Source: Desulfomonilia bacterium (GTDB lineage: Bacteria > Desulfobacterota > Desulfomonilia > UBA1062). From it: DNA of 64,000 bases. A program made the position numbers and the translations under genes. Of this stretch, positions 57,655 to 64,000 are shown piece by piece. Each line of letters begins with the position of its first letter. Positions within the stretch are counted from its first letter, which is position 1. The notes below the pieces were generated by a model that was not told the DNA's origin, ran no database searches, and was given only the letters and a program-made list of their open reading frames with translations. The DNA lies in NCBI GenBank assembly GCA_963664325.2, contig CAXXDQ010000007.1, positions 256,001 to 320,000 of the forward strand, read 5' to 3'.

Positions 57655-58908
57655 TTATGCCTGTTTCGTATTTCTTTCGAAAACAATCAGAGGCAATATG
57701 CCCTTTAATATTACTTCCTGCGATATATGGCATTCCTTGACCCCATCCATGTCGGGAATGTCGTACATGATATTGAGCATCACATTTTCCATGATCGATC
57801 TGAGTCCTCTGGCACCCGATTTACGCTTCATTGCCTGTTCGGCAATTGTTTTAAGCGCATCCTTGCTGAAAGAGAGATCGACACCTTCCATTTTCATCAA
57901 CGCCTGATACTGTTTGACCAGGGCATTTTTAGGTTCGGTAAGTATGGCAATCAGGGCTTCCTGGTCAAGCTCATGCAATGTGGAGATAACAGGTACACGG
58001 CCGACAAATTCAGGAATCATCCCGAATTTGATCAGGTCTTCAGGCTGGATGTTTCTCAATATCTCACCGATGTTTTTATCTTTCTTTCCCTTGATATCTG
58101 CAACGAAACCAATGGTCTTCTGATCCATCCTCTGAGAAATTATCTTGTCAAGTCCGATGAAAGCCCCTCCGCAGATAAACAGAATATTTGAAGTATCGAC
58201 CCTGATGAATTCCTGCTGGGGGTGCTTTCGGCCGCCCTTAGGGGGAATCGATGCAAGCGTGCCCTCAATGAGCTTTAAAAGCGCCTGCTGAACACCTTCT
58301 CCCGACACGTCCCGTGTAATTGATGGATTGTCACTTTTAGAGGCAATCTTGTCAATTTCATCGATATAGACTATTCCCCTCTGTGCGCGTTCTATATCGT
58401 AGTCTGCATTCTGGAGAAGGTTTACAATTATATTCTCGACATCCTCTCCAACATATCCCGCTTCTGTGAGAGTTGTGGCATCGGCAATGGTGAAAGGAAC
58501 GTCCAGTATTTTTGCCAATGTCTGTGCAAGGAGCGTCTTGCCCGAACCGGTGGGCCCGATCAGCATTATATTGCTTTTGTTGATTTCAATCCCGCCGATA
58601 TTGGTCCCTGCTTCGATCCTTTTATAATGGTTATATACCGCAACAGAGAGGATTTTCTTGGCATGCTCCTGCCCTATGACATATTCATCAAGGACGGTCT
58701 TTATCTCGGAAGGTTTCGGTATCTGGGATGAAGAGGAGAAATGCGTGTACTCGCCTTCTTCTTCAGTCAGTATCTCGTTGCACAGGGATATGCACTCATC
58801 GCAGATATACACATCGGGACCGGCAATGAGCTTCCTGACTTCTTCCTGTGACTTGCCGCAGAAAGAGCATCTCAGGCCCGGCCTGAAATGGTCATTTATC
58901 TTTGGCAT
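57655..58908 (-). CDS. clpX: ATP-dependent Clp protease ATP-binding subunit ClpX
   Basis: CSFCGK zinc finger, [36 protein letters not shown] loop. Confidence 0.99.
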   Translation of the reverse strand: MPKINDHFRPGLRCSFCGKSQEEVRKLIAGPDVYICDECISLCNEILTEEEGEYTHFSSSSQIPKPSEIKTVLDEYVIGQEHAKKILSVAVYNHYKRIEAGTNIGGIEINKSNIMLIGPTGSGKTLLAQTLAKILDVPFTIADATTLTEAGYVGEDVENIIVNLLQNADYDIERAQRGIVYIDEIDKIASKSDNPSITRDVSGEGVQQALLKLIEGTLASIPPKGGRKHPQQEFIRVDTSNILFICGGAFIGLDKIISQRMDQKTIGFVADIKGKKDKNIGEILRNIQPEDLIKFGMIPEFVGRVPVISTLHELDQEALIAILTEPKNALVKQYQALMKMEGVDLSFSKDALKTIAEQAMKRKSGARGLRSIMENVMLNIMYDIPDMDGVKECHISQEVILKGILPLIVFERNTKQA

Positions 58909-59512
58909 CTGCCTTGCCTCCTTCTGTTGCCAGTTCTCTCTTTGAAATGACATTGTCCAGTATACCATATTCTTTGGCGTCTTGTGGAGTCATGAAATAA
59001 TCCCGGTCCGTATCCAGAATGACCTTTTCAATCGGTTGCCCGGTATGGTTCGAGATGATTATGTTCAACTCGTCTTTCATTCTCTGCATTTCTCTGGCCT
59101 GGATGGCAACATCTGTCACCTGTCCCTGCACACCCCCCAGAGGCTGGTGAAGCAAAATACGGGAATGCGGCAGGGCATACCTCAATCCAGGCTCGCCCGC
59201 GGCCAGCAACACCGCCGCCATTGATGCCGCCTGGCCAATGCATATCGTTGAAACCTTTGACTTAATGAACTGCATCGTATCATAAACAGCCATCCCCGCA
59301 GTCACCGAACCGCCGGGTGAATTGATATAGAAGTATATATCCTTGTCAGGGTCTTCAGACTCAAGGAAAAGAAATTGAGCCACCAGCAGGTTGGCTATGT
59401 CATCGTTTATCTCGCTTCCAAGGAGGACGATCCTGTCCTTTAAAAGCCTTGAATATATGTCGTATGACCTTTCCCCCCTGTTAGTTTGTTCCACTACTAT
59501 CGGAACCAGCAT
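58892..59512 (-). CDS. clpP: Clp protease proteolytic subunit
   Basis: [37 protein letters not shown]. Confidence 0.99.
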   Translation of the reverse strand: MLVPIVVEQTNRGERSYDIYSRLLKDRIVLLGSEINDDIANLLVAQFLFLESEDPDKDIYFYINSPGGSVTAGMAVYDTMQFIKSKVSTICIGQAASMAAVLLAAGEPGLRYALPHSRILLHQPLGGVQGQVTDVAIQAREMQRMKDELNIIISNHTGQPIEKVILDTDRDYFMTPQDAKEYGILDNVISKRELATEGGKADAKDK

Positions 59513-60815
59513 CACCCGCTCCTTCTTCGGAATTTGTAGTATCTTCAGTTACATTTGAATTTTCAATTACGTAGTCAATCACCTTTCTTTCCATAAGCTG
59601 GAAACGTATCTCGTCAAGCCTGCCGTTCTCTTCAAGTCCTTTTTTCACATCTTCAACCGGCATATTGTAAGTATCGGCCATCTCCTGTAATTCCTTATCG
59701 ACATCGCTCTCATCAATCTTAACATCAAGTATTTTTGCTATAGCTTCAACAAGAAGCGATTGTTTCAAGATCTGTTCCGCCGATGAAAGAGATTCTTCTC
59801 TGAGGGCATTCGTGTCCGGGTAAATATCCTGGAGTTTTACACCCTGGGATGCAAATCTCTTGGCCATACCCTGAACCATCATGGTTGCCTGAAGTTTAAT
59901 CATTGATTCGGGAACTTCCACTTGGTTCGCCTCGACAAGTTTTTCTGCAACTCTTGAATTCAAAATGGCTTTTTGTTTTTCAGCTGCCCTTTTTTCAAGC
60001 TCGGTTTTTATCATCTTTCTGAGGTCTTCAACGGTTGCGGTATCTTCTCTCACCTTTTTTGCAAACTCATCGTTCAACTCAGGCATGGCCCTGTGTTTGA
60101 TGGAAATGACCTTCAGGTTGAGTTTTACGGCCTTGCCCCTTAACTCTTCGATATAATGATCATCCGCTATGGTTGTATCATATTCCTTTTCCCCGCCCGT
60201 CTTCATGCCGAGGACCGCATCCATTGCACCGGGAACGAAGCTCCTGTTTCCCGCGTCAACCGTAACTTTGGTCCAGTTGAGCTTTTCGTGATCCTTTGAT
60301 GAGATGTCGGATATTACATAGTCACCCTTTTTAATCTCGTACCCCTCATCCGTAATATCCTCCATCGTTGAGTATGATTCCCTCAATGAAGTTATGGCTG
60401 TATCAATATCCTCATCCTTTACTTCGAACACAGGCTTCTTTATATCGAACCCGGTATATTTTTCAGGTTTGATTTCGGGTTTTACATCAAATTTTGCGGT
60501 AAAAGTGAAATCTTCATCGTCTCCGGGATCTTTGCTGTCGATCTCAGGCATTGATACTACAAACAGTTCCTGCTCCATAACAGCTTTTTCATAATTCTCT
60601 GAAACAAGTTTTTTTGTCAGTTCGCCCTTTATATAGCTGCCATAATATGTATCTATTATGTTCTTAGGGGCCTTGCCTTTCCTGAATCCCTTTATGACAA
60701 CTTCCTGGGCAACTTCCCTGTAAATATCATCCTTGATTTTTTGGACGTCTTCCTTTGGAACCGTTACTGTCATTTCCTTCTTGGTGCCGGTTATATCCTT
60801 GATTTCTACCTTCAT
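59481..60815 (-). CDS. tig: Trigger factor
   Basis: GFRKGKAP ribosome-binding loop, PELNDEFA; tig-clpP-clpX synteny. Confidence 0.96.
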   Translation of the reverse strand: MKVEIKDITGTKKEMTVTVPKEDVQKIKDDIYREVAQEVVIKGFRKGKAPKNIIDTYYGSYIKGELTKKLVSENYEKAVMEQELFVVSMPEIDSKDPGDDEDFTFTAKFDVKPEIKPEKYTGFDIKKPVFEVKDEDIDTAITSLRESYSTMEDITDEGYEIKKGDYVISDISSKDHEKLNWTKVTVDAGNRSFVPGAMDAVLGMKTGGEKEYDTTIADDHYIEELRGKAVKLNLKVISIKHRAMPELNDEFAKKVREDTATVEDLRKMIKTELEKRAAEKQKAILNSRVAEKLVEANQVEVPESMIKLQATMMVQGMAKRFASQGVKLQDIYPDTNALREESLSSAEQILKQSLLVEAIAKILDVKIDESDVDKELQEMADTYNMPVEDVKKGLEENGRLDEIRFQLMERKVIDYVIENSNVTEDTTNSEEGAGDAGSDSSGTN

Positions 60816-61089
60816 TTTACATCCTTTCGATTTATTCTTTACAAACCGCTTGAGACTTACACCTACTATTTATATTTGGTGCCGAGGTCAAGGTTTTTTC
60901 AGTGTTTTCTGAAGATATTATTTTCCTGCCACGCCCCGGCTGGCAGAGCATCGTACATTTTTAAAAGGCAGGAAATATCCTGAAAAAGGATTGATAGCTT
61001 GAAAATACTGTTCATCGAACCCGCAGAAGATCAGTTCCAGTAATATCTTGAGTCCTTAAGAAAAGATAACCCCTATAAAGAAACGCCAT

Positions 61090-61827
61090 TTAGGTAATTG
61101 AAAGAGTCCTGAACAGGTCTTTCATCCGGGCGGTATATTCATTCCTCGCTTCACGGACAAAGAGCGGTGGCTCGACAAACAATTCCCTGCCCGAGCCCTT
61201 GATTCCCTTGACCAGAAACAGGCTTGCGCGGCTGCGGGCATGTGAATGGACCATAACTATTTTCTTGGGTTCGATATTGTTATTCCGCATCACGCTGAGC
61301 ATGTCCGGCAGGCGCCAGACAGGATAAATTGAATAGAACCTGCCGCCGTCATTAAGCAGCCGGTTTGTGCAGGAAAACATCTGTTCGAGCGTAAGCATTA
61401 TTTCGTGTCTGGCAACTGCCTTTTCATCGTGAGGATTAATCCTTCCGCTGCCAACGGGCCGGTACGGCGGATTCACAACAACCGCATTAAATCCCGCGCT
61501 TGTATAATCCTTTATGTCGGCGTTTATGATCCTGAGCTTTTTCTCAAGCCTGTTCATTACAACCGAGCGCTTTGACATCTCCGCAAGCGCAGGCTGAACC
61601 TCGACGCCTGTCATACCGATATTCTTGACGCCGGCAAGAAGAATCGAAACAACACCCGAGCCTGAGCCTATTTCAACAGCCGGCGTCCCTTCTGGTTCAT
61701 CAACAAATGCGGCAAGCAGATATGAATCGATGGAAAAACGGTAGCCTCTGTTTTTCTGGATTATATAAAGGCCGCCTGTAGTAAGCTTATCGGCGGCCTC
61801 ATCCTTCAGGATATCAGGGTTTTGCAT
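61090..61827 (-). CDS. tRNA1(Val) A37 N6-methyltransferase-like (TrmN6/YfiC)
   Basis: GYRFSIDSYLLA, EIGSGSG, NPPY, ARHE. Confidence 0.85.
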   Translation of the reverse strand: MQNPDILKDEAADKLTTGGLYIIQKNRGYRFSIDSYLLAAFVDEPEGTPAVEIGSGSGVVSILLAGVKNIGMTGVEVQPALAEMSKRSVVMNRLEKKLRIINADIKDYTSAGFNAVVVNPPYRPVGSGRINPHDEKAVARHEIMLTLEQMFSCTNRLLNDGGRFYSIYPVWRLPDMLSVMRNNNIEPKKIVMVHSHARSRASLFLVKGIKGSGRELFVEPPLFVREARNEYTARMKDLFRTLSIT

Positions 61828-62275
61828 CGATAAAGATGACATCATCCAGTTTTTTGTGATGTGGAAATATCTCGGCATCCCTGAAAAAACGCTTCAGTTC
61901 GATTTCTGCAGTTTCGATGCTGTCCGAGGCATGGACAAGGTTGGAACGTATGCTCATGGACATGTCGCCCCGGATCGTACCCGGAGAGGCCTCCCTGGCA
62001 TTGGTCACGCCGCACATTGACCGTGCAATGCTTACGGAATCGATGCCTTCAACGCAGACGGCGACAATCGGTGCTGACATCATGAACTCTGCTATCTTCG
62101 GGAAATAGGGTTTATCCTTGAGGTGAGAATAATGCTCCTCAAGAAGCGGAAGATCGACCCTGAGCATTTTCATGCCGGTTATTTTCAGGCCCTTGTCTTC
62201 AAACCTGGATATTATCTTTCCGATAAGGCCTCGCTCGACGGCATCCGGTTTAATGAGCAGCAGCGTCTTTTCCAT
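61814..62275 (-). CDS. ndk: Nucleoside diphosphate kinase (canonical)
   Basis: IKPDAVER, EEHY, PGTIRGD, NLVHASDS. Confidence 0.96.
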   Translation of the reverse strand: MEKTLLLIKPDAVERGLIGKIISRFEDKGLKITGMKMLRVDLPLLEEHYSHLKDKPYFPKIAEFMMSAPIVAVCVEGIDSVSIARSMCGVTNAREASPGTIRGDMSMSIRSNLVHASDSIETAEIELKRFFRDAEIFPHHKKLDDVIFIDAKP

Positions 62276-63021
62276 TATACCTCACTTGTCTTGAGTTCTT
62301 TGTTGATAAGATACTTGGCTACTATGGCTTCATAAGGCGTTGCCGAAGGCTTGCCCTTGCTCAAATCGACCAGGGAGTCGTAGTCGGTTTTCCATACGAT
62401 GTCTCCCGGGGCGATAAAGCACAGGCTGTCAGGTTCGTAATTCTGATACAGGTTTCCGTCCTTGAAATAAAAATGCTCCTTGCTTACTATTGCAGGATAA
62501 GGCTGCATAAGCGGTGGTATGTCATTTGGCTTAAACCAGAGCTTGATCTCCCTTTCGGCGTCTTCCCTGTTTGCCGAAGCGTGAATAAGGTTGTCAAGAC
62601 GATCGCTTATTATATTGCCAGCAGCATCCTTTATAGGCACTACGGTTCCCAGCGCTCTGATGCACCCGGGCTTCTGATCGCGTGCAATGTGCGGATTGGT
62701 GTTTCCCGCGATATCCCTGATCTTCTGAATGGCGTTTTCTCCCTGATAGACGAAGGCAACGACCCTTCTTTTCCAGGGATTGTCAGGATAATGGATCTGG
62801 CCTGTAATGTATTCCAGCAATGAAGGGAAAAAGGGTTTTCCCTTGTGCTCGGCATAATGCTCTTCCGCAAGCATCCTGTTCACGCTCACTATTTTTATTG
62901 CAGCAAATCTCAGACCCGTGTGAAATTCCGACAGCATGGACAGGATGTACCCTGTCAGGGAGTTTTTCAGGGCATCGGGCTTTATCAGCACCAGGGTCTG
63001 TTCGAGATCTTTTGTCGGCAT
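62275..63021 (-). CDS. Second, extended nucleoside diphosphate kinase-like protein
   Basis: IKPDALK, EEHYAEHKGKPFF, PGCIRA, NLIHASAN, plus a C-terminal extension of about 85 aa. Confidence 0.85.
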   Translation of the reverse strand: MPTKDLEQTLVLIKPDALKNSLTGYILSMLSEFHTGLRFAAIKIVSVNRMLAEEHYAEHKGKPFFPSLLEYITGQIHYPDNPWKRRVVAFVYQGENAIQKIRDIAGNTNPHIARDQKPGCIRALGTVVPIKDAAGNIISDRLDNLIHASANREDAEREIKLWFKPNDIPPLMQPYPAIVSKEHFYFKDGNLYQNYEPDSLCFIAPGDIVWKTDYDSLVDLSKGKPSATPYEAIVAKYLINKELKTSEV

Positions 63022-63077
63022 ATATTTATTACCTCCGGAAATTTTTTAGTTTTCCTTATATCCCGATTAAGGCCATG

Positions 63078-63785
63078 TCAATCAGCCATATCATCAAACA
63101 GGCTAGGCGTCTGCTCCATGACATTGTTGAACATGAGAAATGCAAGCCTTCTTATTTCCCATTCCGCGGATTTTTCCAGCCTGAGTCCGAAGAAGTGCCT
63201 CAAGGAGCGTGCGTTTGTATAGACATAGGCGGATGTTGACCACCCGACAGGCATCAGCCTCCTTAATTCCTGATTGCGGACACCCAGAGCAGACAGACTC
63301 TCGTAGACCTCCATTACCCTTTTATGCTCGGCCTCATAAACGGCATACGCTTTCTTAACGGTATCTTCGCTGTCGATGTATTCCAGCGCCGGATAGATGA
63401 AGCAGTTCTTGTTCGCCTTGACATAACGTGTAGAGCGGAATGTCCAGCCTATGCCTATGCGGTGCCTTGTCCACTGTCCTGCAAGGGATTTTGAAACGCC
63501 TGATATGTGAAAAACAAACTGGGCCGCCTCAAGCGGTGTTTGATGTCCCCATTTGATAAGTTTTCTGTTCAGTTTCAGGTCATCCTCGTATGTTCCCTCA
63601 GATTCATGGCTCTGCCTGCCCGTATATGCGGGCAGGGTCTCGGGTGTGACGCCTGACGCTGCAAACTCGGGTGTAGGCATAGTCATTCCAACCAGCTTTA
63701 CAAGCGGTTCCTCGTTCCTGAAAAGACCTTGCCTCAGTTCCTTCCATCTTTCGATATGCTCAAGTTCCCCAGCAAAATATATCAA
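63078..63785 (-). CDS. thyX: Flavin-dependent thymidylate synthase
   Basis: GHQTPLE, RHR-x8-STRY, NARSLRHFFGLR, AEWEIR; TTG start with GAGGAG. Confidence 0.92.
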   Translation of the reverse strand: MIYFAGELEHIERWKELRQGLFRNEEPLVKLVGMTMPTPEFAASGVTPETLPAYTGRQSHESEGTYEDDLKLNRKLIKWGHQTPLEAAQFVFHISGVSKSLAGQWTRHRIGIGWTFRSTRYVKANKNCFIYPALEYIDSEDTVKKAYAVYEAEHKRVMEVYESLSALGVRNQELRRLMPVGWSTSAYVYTNARSLRHFFGLRLEKSAEWEIRRLAFLMFNNVMEQTPSLFDDMAD

Positions 63786-63808
63786 CTCTTTCTCCTCTTT
63801 TAATATTT

Positions 63809-64000
63809 TTAATAAGGCCTTTCAATCTTGCCGTCGGTTGAAACCCTGTCACCCTGCCAGACCCCACGGTATGGTACGGCAACGCCTTCTATGGGCATGA
63901 ACGCTATGCACAGAATCCTGAATCCCATCTGTATATCAACATCGTTATGACCCTGATGCTTCATTCCGACCGTGAGCCTGCCCTGATAGTTTGGTGAAAT
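63809..64000 (-). CDS. dCTP deaminase/dUTPase-family protein, 3' part (cut by window edge)
   Basis: Manual translation ISPNYQGRLTVGM...IQMGFRILCIAF...PYRGVWQG resembles the trimeric dUTPase/Dcd C-terminus; upstream of thyX. Confidence 0.7.
   Translation of the reverse strand: MSPNYQGRLTVGMKHQGHNDVDIQMGFRILCIAFMPIEGVAVPYRGVWQGDRVSTDGKIERPY

Noticed and set aside
60908-61089. Short minus-strand frame with an in-frame TGA, considered as a selenoprotein
   Set aside because: No redox motif, no convincing SECIS hairpin, no family resemblance
308-63900. Many 60-275 aa ORFs antisense or out of frame to recognised genes (e.g. 10784-11611, 14315-15097, 22260-22928, 54676-55368)
   Set aside because: Shadow ORFs overlapping confident genes, with no motifs of their own
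1-64000. CRISPR array, rRNA, prophage, transposase or integrase
   Set aside because: No regularly spaced direct repeats, rRNA-like sequence or such proteins were recognised

Overview
Gene-dense bacterial chromosomal segment, most like an anaerobic deltaproteobacterium/Desulfobacterota (inferred from gene content, not from a search). Housekeeping blocks sit at both ends: rpsB-tsf-pyrH-frr on the left; secF-secD-yajC-tgt-queA, tRNA-Asp, tRNA-Val, HU, clpX-clpP-tig and a dcd/dut-thyX-ndk-ndk-trmN6 cluster on the right. Between them are anaerobic redox and lipid genes and an L-Ara4N (arn)-type locus with three ArnT-family transferases, a split ArnA, a UPF0104-type flippase instead of ArnEF and a two-component system. 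That locus is interrupted by an accessory block holding a PI-PLC lipoprotein, two degenerate integron attC-like sites that flank a broken toxin-antitoxin pair and an AT-rich ferredoxin gene, and REP-like hairpins. Also present are a TIGR04282/TIGR04283-DUF3047-TVP38 locus facing a rhodanese/CCG/radical SAM operon, and a DnaG paralog with a degenerate active-site motif. Three apparent single-base frameshifts may be assembly errors. All family assignments come from motif recognition by eye.
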